Assembly (NCBI GenBank): GCA_034437215.1
Contig: DAOTVC010000132.1
Location: 1 to 41,760 of the forward strand
DNA from: Anaerolineae bacterium
GTDB taxonomy: Bacteria; Chloroflexota; Anaerolineae; B4-G1; SLSP01
Length of the DNA stretch: 41,760 nucleotides
Direction: 5' to 3'
Part shown: positions 1-8,392 of the stretch, in pieces
Numbering within the stretch: the stretch's first letter is position 1
Layout of the letters: each line of letters opens with the position of its first letter
Notes under the pieces: generated by a model
The model's input: the letters and a program-made list of their open reading frames with translations, nothing else
Told to the model about the DNA's origin: nothing
Database searches by the model: none
Made by a program: the position numbers and the translations under genes

Positions 1-792
1 GAGCGTGACGGTGATGGTCGCCGTCTCGCCCTCCTCGACGGAGTACTGGGTGGCTTCAAACTGAGTACGTAGGGGAATATTACCGGCATCGCCGTAGACA
101 TTGAGGTGATCTATCTTGAAAGAGCCTACAGTGCCGTCGAGGACGAAGACCCAGTTATCCACCTGCGAGACGTCGTAGGGGGGGGCACCGAAGGTGTCAA
201 AGGGAAGGACTATGAGCCGCCAACCGTTGAAGTCGTCGACAAAGGTGGCGCGGCGGTCATCGCCCGCAACGGTTTGGATCTCGAATTCGTGGGTCGTGCC
301 GAGATTTTCACCGTAGAACCAGAAACTGATCCCCTGCATACTGCTCCAATCTACCACCGGGCTAAACGCAGCGCCGAACCCACCCCAGGTAGGCACGTTG
401 GCGGTCACCGACAGGACATCGTTGTTACCCACCTGACCGGGCAGGGCGAGGCTGTCTGTATCGGTGATGGTAACCACCGACGGGATAAGGAGCGTCGTGG
501 TCAGGGGATCGACGTACTGAAACCAACCGGCTGGTAGACCGCCTTCAAAATCGGCGAAGGGGTCCAGGTTGACCAGCTCCAGATGGTCCATTTTAAACGA
601 GCCTACAGTGCCGTCAAGGACGAAGACCCAGTTATCCACCTGGGACACGTCGTAAGAGCCGCCGGCACCGAAGGTGCTGAACGGAAGGACAAACTTCCGC
701 CAACCGTTGAAGTCGTCGACGAAGGTAATGCGTCGGTCGTCGCCCGCAACGGTCTGGATCTCGAATTCGTGGGTCGTGCTGAGATTTTCGCC
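1..792 (-). pseudogene. Same-frame continuation of the tandem-repeat secreted protein after the premature TAA. It is open to the window edge with no stop, so it is 3'-partial. It encodes at least two more repeat domains and the start of an Ig-like domain (YSVEEGETATITVTL).
   Basis: My manual minus-strand translation in the frame codon-aligned with plus ORFs 106-537 and 583-1017 shows no stop from 792 down to 1. The product is homologous to the domain upstream of the stop. In the first copy the codon equivalent to the TAA is TAC (Tyr). Confidence 0.6.
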
Positions 793-1060
793 TTAGAACC
801 AAAAGGCGAGCGCATCGTAGTCGCTCCAATCTTGTGCCGGACTGAGGGCAGCGCCGAATCCTCCCCAGGTTGGCACGTTGGCGGTCACCGACAGGACGTC
901 GTTATTGCCCACCTGACCGGGCAGGGCGAGGCTGTCTGTATCGGTGATGGTAACTACCGACGGGATAAGGAGCGTCGTGGTCAGGGGATCGACGTATTGA
1001 AACCAACCTGCCGGTAATCCGCCTTCAAAATCGGCAATAACGGGAAAGGACGCGGCTTGT
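1..1060. repeat. Tandem direct repeat with a 480-bp period. Copies at about 95-575 and 575-1055 are roughly 85-90% identical. A more diverged partial third copy lies at 1-95, and the array continues past the left window edge.
   Basis: Aligning 106-537 against 583-1017 at a fixed offset of 480 nt shows near-identical stretches (for example cgggataaggagcgtcgtggtcaggggatcgacgta appears at 481 and 961). The two plus-strand ORFs are 143 and 144 aa and are near-identical. Confidence 0.9.
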
Positions 1061-1218
1061 AAGGTCACCTGTAGAGCAGATGGCCCCTCTCCTGTAGGGA
1101 TGGATACGCTCTCTTCAATCATAAGCGGGGCAGCCAGCGCCACCCCAAAGAGCGCACCTGCGGCCAGGGCTATGCTCAGGGTCAATATCAGAGTTGCAAC
1201 TGTGATTCTCGCTTTCAT
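793..1218 (-). CDS. N-terminal fragment of a secreted tandem-repeat protein with CBM-like beta-sandwich repeats. It has a signal peptide and the first repeat, then ends at an in-frame TAA (plus strand 793-795).
   Basis: Signal peptide MKARITVATLILTLSIALAAGALFGVALAAP. A GAGGAGG ribosome-binding site lies 6 nt upstream of the ATG (reverse complement of 1221-1233). Downstream in the same frame the sequence stays open and encodes further copies of the same domain (FWFYGENL..., DNWVFVLDGTVGSFK...). Confidence 0.7.
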   Translation of the reverse strand: MKARITVATLILTLSIALAAGALFGVALAAPLMIEESVSIPTGEGPSALQVTLQAASFPVIADFEGGLPAGWFQYVDPLTTTLLIPSVVTITDTDSLALPGQVGNNDVLSVTANVPTWGGFGAALSPAQDWSDYDALAFWF

Positions 1219-1616
1219 ACTGTGCCTCCTCGTAGAAAATACTAGGGGACGACTGCTTCGATTTCGACGGGCTCCTTTACCGAGACCTCGGTGGCGGCGG
1301 GATGCAGGCCGCTAGAAGCAGCGCCAACAGGGTGATGAAACTCACCGGGGGACAACCATTTCCTGGGATTCCGTGTCCTCCTCCAATCGACACTCTGAGA
1401 TGTGGAAATGCCACACAGGAGCCTTACTTCAAGATATGGCTTAAGCACCTCCTTTGACACCTTCTGGGTGAATAGGGTGGCGGTGGAGAGATTCTTTGGA
1501 GTGTAAAGTGTACTCTTGTCCGATACACTTATTCTAAGGGAGAGGCTCCCTCGTCCGATAGAAGAAAAACGAGAGAGAGGTGAACATTTCATAGAAAGTA
1601 GCAGAGAGGATCAGGC

Positions 1617-1649
1617 AAGAAAAACGCCGTCCCCCACTCTGGGGACGGC
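1617..1649 (-). terminator. Rho-independent terminator on the minus strand: a 9-bp GC-rich stem GCCGTCCCC/GGGGACGGC with a 6-nt loop, followed on the minus strand by GUUUUUCUU.
   Basis: Plus-strand sequence aagaaaaacGCCGTCCCCcactctGGGGACGGCtag. The plus-strand A-run becomes the U-tract on the minus strand. It lies about 410 nt downstream of the regulator gene that ends at 2059. Confidence 0.6.
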
Positions 1650-2058
1650 TAGATTTCAAAGACCTACTGATGACTGCCCTGAAAAAACTCCTTCCAACAC
1701 GGAGAACACCGAGAAAACCAAGGAGATAGTGAAATATCTTTATAAAAGCGCTCTTTTGCCTGATTTTATGAAGTCCAATTTAAAAAATCTCCGTGCCCTC
1801 TGTGGTAAAAAGGCTTTTTTCAGCAGAGTCACTGATCCGGACATAAAAGGCTAAAGTTGATGAGCCCTGCCCGGCATCGCCTGGGGCTTGAGCCACAGGC
1901 TACCACGAAGCAAGTGTGCTCCAGCAAGCACACTATCGGAAGCACCTCCTCAGTCGGCTTCAGCCGACTTCAACACGGTAGCCGGCGGTTTTAACCGCTG
2001 GCGGAGAGGTCGTAGGTCGGCTCGGTTTAGCAGTACTCGTCCGGATCAGTAAAGCAGG

Positions 2059-3192
2059 TCAGGCTTGACGGTAGTCGGTGGGCGACATCCCTACCTCGCG
2101 CCGGAAGACACGGCTGAAGTAGCCGCTGTCGGAGAAGCCCACGTCCAGGGCTATCTCCGTGATGCTCTTATAGGTCTCGGTCAAGAGGGCTTTCGCCTGA
2201 TGGATGCGGTAGCGGTTAATATAGGTGATGGGCGTGACGCCCAGCTCTTTACGAAAACAGTCCGTCAGATAGTCCTCGCTGAGGGCTACGTGCCGGGCGA
2301 GGTCGGCACGCAAGATGGGTTCGGCATAGTGTTTGTGGATGTAGGCCATGGCCTGACGTACCAGACGCTGCGCTTCGCCGCTCAACGCCCGCCTGCGCTT
2401 CAGTGCCATCTCCACGTGCTCCAGGGTTTCCGCGTGGTTGAAGATACCTTTGTTCAAGACCGTCGTTACGCCTCGATTCAGGCGTTCCATATCGCCCTCG
2501 GTCAACACCTGGCCGGTCAGCACGATCACCGGGATGTCGCGCAGGGTCTGTTCCCGGCGCATCGCTTCCAGTACGCCAAAGCCGTCCAACTGGGGCATCA
2601 TCAAATCTAACAACACCAAATCTACGGGCTCATGCCGGAGCAACTTCAGCGCCTCCATGCCATTTTGCGCTTTTAACACACGCTGGGCCGGCACACGAGC
2701 TTGCACAATTCTCGTGTGCATCTCCAGGATCTTGACATCGTCGTCCACGATCAAGACCGTAGTCATCTTCTGGCCGGACTTGGGTGCTAACCACGGTTGA
2801 TGGAGAGCTTGCTCCAGATCTGTCAGTTCAATGGGCCTGGTGAGATAATCATAATCAAACTCCAGTACCGACCCGCCTGTCTCCGATACGGAGTAAAGCA
2901 GGAGCGGCAGGTTCCTTGTCTTGGGATGGCTCTTGAGCACCTTGAGCACGTTCCAGGCCTGGTGCTCCAGGGAGCCCATGTCTATGACGATGGCGCCAGG
3001 AGCTGAGGACGCTATCTGCGAGAACCAGTCGGACGCTTCACCCATTGACAAGGTCTGCACATCAAAACCACGCTCTACGAGGTGATTCTGTAAGCGCTGC
3101 TCATCTCCCGCCTGCTCTGTCAGCACCAGCACGCTCTCCGGGGTGCAGGGCGGTTGTGCCGCTCGTTGCACTTCGACCTCTGTCGAATGCAC
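2059..3192 (-). CDS. Response regulator with two receiver-like domains (the first degenerate, the second canonical with DDD...D and MMPQLDG) and a C-terminal AraC-type helix-turn-helix (YesN-like). It starts with GTG.
   Basis: Motifs TVLIVDDDVKILEM, DLVLLDLMMPQLDGFGVLE and VIVLTGQ define the receiver domain. The C-terminus IALDVGFSDSGYFSRVFRREVGMSPTDYR is an AraC HTH. The first about 130 aa have a receiver fold but lack the acidic pocket. Confidence 0.85.
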   Translation of the reverse strand: MHSTEVEVQRAAQPPCTPESVLVLTEQAGDEQRLQNHLVERGFDVQTLSMGEASDWFSQIASSAPGAIVIDMGSLEHQAWNVLKVLKSHPKTRNLPLLLYSVSETGGSVLEFDYDYLTRPIELTDLEQALHQPWLAPKSGQKMTTVLIVDDDVKILEMHTRIVQARVPAQRVLKAQNGMEALKLLRHEPVDLVLLDLMMPQLDGFGVLEAMRREQTLRDIPVIVLTGQVLTEGDMERLNRGVTTVLNKGIFNHAETLEHVEMALKRRRALSGEAQRLVRQAMAYIHKHYAEPILRADLARHVALSEDYLTDCFRKELGVTPITYINRYRIHQAKALLTETYKSITEIALDVGFSDSGYFSRVFRREVGMSPTDYRQA

Positions 3193-3664
3193 GAGCGGGA
3201 GGGTCAGCGGACAAGGTCCTGGCTTTGATCAAGAGCGGTGCAGCCATAGCTTGCACCAGGGCTTCGCGACCCGCCGCCCCATCTGAGGATCTAATCGAGG
3301 TAGGCGTGGCGATATGCAGGGTGCTCTGGTCACAACCGCAGGATGTACGGGGTACCAGAGATGTCGTGACCCGCCCGGTTTCGATGGTCTCGGTCTGACC
3401 CGTGAGATATCGATAGAGTGACTCGACCGCCCGATACCCCATTTTGGACAGCGGGATACGCACACTACTGAGGGGCGGTCGGTGAACCGCGCTCTCCGGT
3501 CGGTCATCAAAGCCAATGACCGCTACGTCCTGGGGAATGCTCCGTCCGGCTTCCTGAAGGGCCTTCATGGCTCCCAGAGCTGACTCGTCATTGCTGGCGA
3601 GGACAGCGGTAAAGTGGACTCCTGAATCCAGGATCTCCTGATCCCCGAGATCTTGGGGCTCCAA
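3101..3664 (-). pseudogene. Remnant of a LacI/GalR-type (PBP type 1) sugar-binding domain, C-terminal third only. There is no HTH and no N-terminal subdomain. It starts with TTG, and its 3' part overlaps the AraC regulator gene out of frame.
   Basis: FTAVLASNDESALGAMKALQEAGRSIPQDVAVIGFDD and PLSSVRIPLSKMGYRAVESLYRYLTG are hallmark C-terminal LacI-family motifs. The frame is closed by a stop 11 codons upstream of the start (3698-3700). Only about 110 aa are homologous (roughly 3335-3664); the rest is out-of-frame overlap. Confidence 0.6.
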
Positions 3665-3741
3665 GGCTTCCGGTTCGATGCGCGTCGGAAGCAGCCTTCA
3701 ATCATGCCCCTAGTATACATCAATTCCTGCCGTCCCAGATG

Positions 3742-3767
3742 AAAAGCCCCCCGTGCGGGGGGCTTTT
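3742..3767. terminator. Perfect bidirectional intrinsic terminator: aaaaGCCCCCCGtgcGGGGGGCtttt.
   Basis: An 8-bp all-GC stem flanked by an A-tract and a T-tract, 27 nt downstream of the stop of the 3794-6616 gene. Confidence 0.85.
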
Positions 3768-3793
3768 GTCTGGGCGAAGGTGGAGTACAGGGA

Positions 3794-6616
3794 CTACCGG
3801 TTTCGCATGATCAGGGGTAGGTAGACCTGGCTCCCCCCTATCAACAATCTGACCTCTAGCGTCTGGGTGAAGCCGCCCCCCGTGGCCGTGATGGGGATCT
3901 GATACCAGAGATTGGACGCGCCTCCCCCGTCGGTGAGCACGAGCAGGCTCTCGGAATCTACGGTGACGACGGTGGGATCGAGCGACAACTGGAAGCGGGG
4001 ATCGGGATTGGTCGCCGCTAGGGTGACCTCCGAGGCGAAGCCTCCCAGCGACGCCACCGCTATCGTGTAGGTCGCCGTCTCACCGACCTCAATTTTGCGC
4101 GTCGGGGGGCTGACCGAGACGGTGAAGCTCCCCTCGTAGCGACCGATGTCGTAGGCCGCGCCCCAGACCGGGTCGGCGATTCCGAACTTGTCCAGGAGCG
4201 CCGTCAGAGAGGCGGGTAGGTTGCCGCCCCGGTTGAGAGCCGTCTCGCTTGCCGGGGTCAGGTGGAAGTCGGGCCACGAGCCGTCGTGGAGATCGTGGTC
4301 GTGGGGATCGTACTGGCGGAACTGCGGATCACCGGCGCGACCGTGAGCCTCCCAACCGGCGGGATGGTCCTGAATGTCGGCCAGGGTGGGGTAGTACTTT
4401 TGCTCCTCACGCTCTTCGGGTGCGTATATTCGTACTGCCATGGCTCCCGGCTGCCAGACGCCGCCGTCCTCGTAGGGGCGCCAGCCGTTGTTGTAGTAGA
4501 GGTTGTGATCGATGGAGAGATTCCCGAAGTTCTCGTCCGCCGTGCACTGGTAGATCCCGTACCCCTCGTTGCCCACGATGATGTTGTTCAGAATCTGGGT
4601 GTTGACGCTGCCGCCGTGGCTGTCCTCCTCGGTGCCGCTGGGGCGGAAGCCATAGAGCGAGTTGGCGATGACGTTGTTGGTAAAGATCAGGTCTCCATCC
4701 CGCCAGGTGCCCGAGAGCATCACGCCCGCGTAGGAGTTGTTGTAGGCGATGTTCCGGTGGGCGTGGATGCCGCTGGTGTAGTCCAGGTAGAGACCGAAGG
4801 CTGCCAATCCCTGCACCTGGCAGCCCTCGCCGCCGGACCACCAGCCGACGCGCTGCTCGGCGACGTAACTCCAGCCCAGGATGTTGCGGAAGACGTTGCC
4901 CGTCACCAGGACGTCGCGAAAGACGTGGTTGTGGGGGGGCGTCCCCCAGAACTTCAGACCCCCGCAGTCGGTGGTCAGCTGGCAGGTCTCCTCGAAGAGG
5001 TTGTCCTTGATCAGGATCTCGCCGATGAGGATCTCGCCGGGCTCGAAGCCGTAGCTCTTCTCCGAGTCGACGACCGACCAGAGGAACTGCACCCCGTTGT
5101 GGGCCACGTCGTGCACGTGATTCTCCTCGAAGCGCAGGCGGTCGGCGAACTGGATCTTCACGCCGATGGCGTCGTCGAGGTCCGTGTGGAAGCCGAGGTG
5201 GTGGAACTCGTTCCCCCTGATGGTCGTGTCGTAGATGCCGGAGCGGGGGAAGGTGCCGGGATCGGGTGCCCCGTCCCACCAGGGCGAGAGGAAGAGTCCG
5301 TGGGTGTCCATGTGGGCGATCTCCGAGTTCTCCAGCGTGAAGTCGCGGGTCACGTTCTCCGCCGGCTGGTCGGAGCGGACCGACTGCTCCACGACGACGC
5401 CCTGATTTGCATAGCGCAGCGTCAGGTTGCGCAGCCTGTTGCCGTATGACTTCTGAGCCCAGTAGTTAGCCTGGTGGACGGCGTTCTCGTTGAAGAGTTC
5501 CACGGTCAAGCCGTCGAGGGTGATGTAGGAGCGATCGGTGAGATCGAAGCCGTGGGAGAGGAGGGAGATTTCGAGGGGCTGTGCCGCCGGGTTGCCCGCT
5601 TGGAGGGGCCAGAGGTAGAGTCGCTTCGCCGTCTCGTCGTACCACCACTCGCCGGGGGAGTCCAACAGCGCGGGGTGATTCTCCAGGTAGTACTTGGTAC
5701 CCCAGCCGAGACCCGGATCGCTTGTACCGCCGTCCTGCAGGCACTGGGTGTCCACCACGAGCTGGCCGCTGCCGGGATCGTGTTCGACGACGGTGCGGCG
5801 GTAGAGGTAGTGACCCCACTTTGAGTCCAGCGCGACCAGCTCGGCACCGGTGATGTCACCCAGTGCGGTGAGATCGCCGGCTTCGATGCGCGGGTCCGGT
5901 TCGGAAAAGGCGTTCCGGTCGGTGAGCGTGGCGTCACAGCGCCACTCCAGGTCGCAGTTCCAGTGATTAGCGGGATCGGAGGGATCGCACCCCGCGACGT
6001 CCCAACCACCGTCGGCGGTCCACCAGAGCTCGTGATGCCGCCACTCTCTGGTTACCTGCCAATCGGGCTCGCGTGCCAGGGAGAGGCGGGTGCCCACTCG
6101 GTCGCTATCATCCAGGGTCACGACGAAGCGCGGTGAGTCGCTCAGCGCCCAGCCGGAGAGGTCCGCGTAGTAGACTTGGTCGGGGTCGACGCCGGCCGGC
6201 AGGCCGATGGTGTTCGCCGTCAACCGGCTCCAGCTGAGGGCGGAGCTCGGTTCGGAGCCCCGCACGACCACGCTCCCGGCTCCCTCCTCGGCGAGGTAGA
6301 CGATGGGAGCGCCGTCGCTTCCGCTGTGGGCCGGGCGCACCGACTCCCGGTAGACGCCGGGTAGCACGTGGATGGTCGTGCCTGCCTGGGCTACGTCCGC
6401 TGCTTTCTGCAGCGTGCGGAAAGCCGTGCTGGGGGACTTCCCGTCATTACTATCATCCCCGTTCACAGCATCGACCCACAGGTCGGATGCCGGAGAGGCA
6501 GGTATGGAACCGGCTTGAGCGCTGGAGGTAGGTAGCGCGGCGGTGAGGAGCAGGAGGATCCCAACGGATAACAGCAGTACGTGACGACAAGATCTTTTCC
6601 CACGATATCTCTTCAT
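3794..6616 (-). CDS. Secreted right-handed parallel beta-helix protein (pectate-lyase fold, DUF1565-like N-terminus) with a C-terminal Ig-like domain and a C-terminal tail ...VYLPLIMRNR.
   Basis: Signal peptide MKRYRGKRSCRHVLLLSVGILLLLTAALPTSSAQA. DUF1565-like WVDAVNGDDSNDGKSPSTAFRTLQKAADVAQAGTTIHVLPGVY. PbH1-like repeats NNVIANSLYGF, ILNNIIVGNEGYGIY and HNLYYNNGW. Confidence 0.8.
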   Translation of the reverse strand: MKRYRGKRSCRHVLLLSVGILLLLTAALPTSSAQAGSIPASPASDLWVDAVNGDDSNDGKSPSTAFRTLQKAADVAQAGTTIHVLPGVYRESVRPAHSGSDGAPIVYLAEEGAGSVVVRGSEPSSALSWSRLTANTIGLPAGVDPDQVYYADLSGWALSDSPRFVVTLDDSDRVGTRLSLAREPDWQVTREWRHHELWWTADGGWDVAGCDPSDPANHWNCDLEWRCDATLTDRNAFSEPDPRIEAGDLTALGDITGAELVALDSKWGHYLYRRTVVEHDPGSGQLVVDTQCLQDGGTSDPGLGWGTKYYLENHPALLDSPGEWWYDETAKRLYLWPLQAGNPAAQPLEISLLSHGFDLTDRSYITLDGLTVELFNENAVHQANYWAQKSYGNRLRNLTLRYANQGVVVEQSVRSDQPAENVTRDFTLENSEIAHMDTHGLFLSPWWDGAPDPGTFPRSGIYDTTIRGNEFHHLGFHTDLDDAIGVKIQFADRLRFEENHVHDVAHNGVQFLWSVVDSEKSYGFEPGEILIGEILIKDNLFEETCQLTTDCGGLKFWGTPPHNHVFRDVLVTGNVFRNILGWSYVAEQRVGWWSGGEGCQVQGLAAFGLYLDYTSGIHAHRNIAYNNSYAGVMLSGTWRDGDLIFTNNVIANSLYGFRPSGTEEDSHGGSVNTQILNNIIVGNEGYGIYQCTADENFGNLSIDHNLYYNNGWRPYEDGGVWQPGAMAVRIYAPEEREEQKYYPTLADIQDHPAGWEAHGRAGDPQFRQYDPHDHDLHDGSWPDFHLTPASETALNRGGNLPASLTALLDKFGIADPVWGAAYDIGRYEGSFTVSVSPPTRKIEVGETATYTIAVASLGGFASEVTLAATNPDPRFQLSLDPTVVTVDSESLLVLTDGGGASNLWYQIPITATGGGFTQTLEVRLLIGGSQVYLPLIMRNR

Positions 6617-6744
6617 CTTCTCCCTATACCTTTCAAGGATATTCGCTAGACAGTCCTAACACCTCTATGATGATGGGGACGGCGCTATCCGGGCCAATGA
6701 GCAACGTTAACTTGCCCGACTCGCAACTGCCCCCTGGTAGGCTC

Positions 6745-6790
6745 ACCGGCATGCCCATTGTAAAAAAGGCGTTAGGGACTGTCAATCATC
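6745..6790 (-). promoter_or_regulatory. Candidate sigma70-like promoter for the beta-helix gene: -35 TTGACA (plus tgtcaa at about 6779-6784), a 16-nt spacer, then -10 TACAAT (plus attgta at about 6754-6759).
   Basis: Hexamer match and spacing only. Sigma-factor specificity in this lineage is unknown. Confidence 0.3.
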
Positions 6791-6957
6791 CTTATGTACT
6801 AGAGGCGCTTGAAAGTGGGTCCTGATGTCGTCGAACTTGACAATTCCTGTCCTCCGCATACCCTGTCCTGCGTGTCACCGCTCTGCTTGCGGGCCGGCTC
6901 CTGCTGCTCCCGGTGTCCATCTCTAAACTATCATCTATCTACCCTTAAGAAAGGACC

Positions 6958-8364
6958 ATGACCATGACAAAGATTACCTTCATCGGCGCAGGCAGTACGG
7001 TCTTCGCGAAGAACCTGTTGGGCGACCTCCTCACCTTTCCTGAACTGGCAGAGGTGAGCATCAGCCTCCACGACATCGACGAGGCGCGCCTGCAGACGAC
7101 GACGGCGCTGGCCCACCGGCTGGGGGCGCTGCTGGAGGTCCGTCCGCAGATCGAGGCGACGACCGACCTGCGGGCTGCGCTCGACGGATCGGACTACGTC
7201 TTCACCATGTTTCAGGTCGGTGGCTACCAGCCGGCGACGGTGGTGGACTTCGAGGTGCCCAAGCGGTACGGGCTACGGCAGACCATCGCCGACACCTTGG
7301 GGGTGGGGGGCATTATGCGGGGGCTGCGTACCATCCCTGTGCTCTTGGAGATCTGTGCTCTCATGGAGGAGCTCTGCCCGGAGGCCCTGCTCTTGAACTA
7401 CGTCAATCCCATGGCGATGCTCTGCTGGGCCGTGGCGCGGGCGAGCCCGATCAAAATGATCGGGCTCTGCCACAGCGTTCAGGGCACCGCCGAGCTGCTG
7501 GCGCGCGATCTGGAGGTACCCCTGGAGGAGCTCAACTATCTCTGTGCGGGGATCAACCACATGGCCTTCTACCTGCGCTTCGAGCGGTGGCTGTCCGATG
7601 GCACGGTGGTGGATCTCTATCCGAGGCTCCATGAGGTGGTGAGGGAGGGACGGGTGCCCGATTGGAATCGCGTGCGCTACGAGATGTTGGAGCGTCTGGG
7701 TTACTTCGTCACCGAGTCCAGCGAGCACTTCGCCGAGTACGTGCCGTGGTTTATCAAGCGTGACCACCCCGACCTGGTGGAGCGCTTCAATATCCCGCTC
7801 GACGAGTACATCACCCGCTGCGAGGTGCAGATCAAGGGCTGGGAGTTCATGCAAGCCGAGATTGAGGAGCCGGGCAGCGTGGATCGCCAGGCCCTGGCTG
7901 CCGCAATGCGAGCGGAGGGCTACTCCGATTTCATCGTGGAGCAGATGCATCACGCGCTTGACGGGCTGCACACGGTCACCCGCAGCCCCGAGTATGGCTC
8001 ACGGATCGTCCACAGCCTCGAGACGGGCCGGCCGCGGGTGGTCTACGGGAACGTTCCCAACCGCGGCCTGATCGACAACCTACCTGAGGGGTGCATCGTC
8101 GAGGTGCCCTCTCTCGTGGACCGGAACGGTGTGCAACCCACCCGCATCGGCTCGCTGCCGCCCCACCTGGCGGCCCTGATGCAGACGAACATCAACGTCC
8201 AGGCGCTCACCGTGGAAGCGGCGCTGACGGGCAAGCGGGAGCATATCTACCACGCCGCTATGCTCGATCCCCACACCGCTGCGGAGCTCGATCTCGACGC
8301 CATCTGGCAGCTGGTCGACGAGCTCATCGCCGCTCACGGGGATTGGCTGCCCGGCTACGCTTAG
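6958..8364 (+). CDS. Glycoside hydrolase family 4 (NAD+/Mn2+-dependent alpha-glucosidase or alpha-galactosidase, AglA/MelA-like).
   Basis: N-terminal Rossmann motif KITFIGAGSTVF. A GH4 signature-like segment NYVNPMAMLCWAVARASPIKMIGLCHSV. Length 468 aa. AAAGGA ribosome-binding site before the ATG. Confidence 0.8.
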   Translation: MTMTKITFIGAGSTVFAKNLLGDLLTFPELAEVSISLHDIDEARLQTTTALAHRLGALLEVRPQIEATTDLRAALDGSDYVFTMFQVGGYQPATVVDFEVPKRYGLRQTIADTLGVGGIMRGLRTIPVLLEICALMEELCPEALLLNYVNPMAMLCWAVARASPIKMIGLCHSVQGTAELLARDLEVPLEELNYLCAGINHMAFYLRFERWLSDGTVVDLYPRLHEVVREGRVPDWNRVRYEMLERLGYFVTESSEHFAEYVPWFIKRDHPDLVERFNIPLDEYITRCEVQIKGWEFMQAEIEEPGSVDRQALAAAMRAEGYSDFIVEQMHHALDGLHTVTRSPEYGSRIVHSLETGRPRVVYGNVPNRGLIDNLPEGCIVEVPSLVDRNGVQPTRIGSLPPHLAALMQTNINVQALTVEAALTGKREHIYHAAMLDPHTAAELDLDAIWQLVDELIAAHGDWLPGYA

Positions 8365-8392
8365 GGCCTGCCGGTGGCGGCTCCTGTCTTCG

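Noticed and set aside
106-1017. Two near-identical plus-strand ORFs (106-537 and 583-1017, 143 and 144 aa) that look like tandem duplicated genes.
   Set aside because: They are the exact codon-aligned antisense of the minus-strand secreted repeat-protein gene, which has a signal peptide and a ribosome-binding site. The first is GTG-initiated, both have Gly/Arg/Val/Asp-rich antisense-type composition, and neither has a domain signature. They are best explained as shadow ORFs of the real minus-strand gene.
1516-1854. A 112-aa Lys/Glu/Thr-rich ORF in the low-GC part of the 1219-2058 non-coding stretch.
   Set aside because: It has low-complexity composition, no ribosome-binding site and no domain. 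A terminator hairpin for the opposite strand sits inside it. It is more likely non-coding.
4262-5449. Long antisense ORFs opposite real genes, for example 4262-5449, 7273-7971, 10172-10987, 15351-16151, 16234-17754, 19098-20843, 33642-34457, 35054-36103, 36019-37176 and 38944-40026.
   Set aside because: In a ~65% GC genome, stop-free antisense frames are expected. All have low-complexity Arg/Gly/Ala/Pro-rich translations with no motifs, and each overlaps a well-supported gene on the other strand or in another frame.
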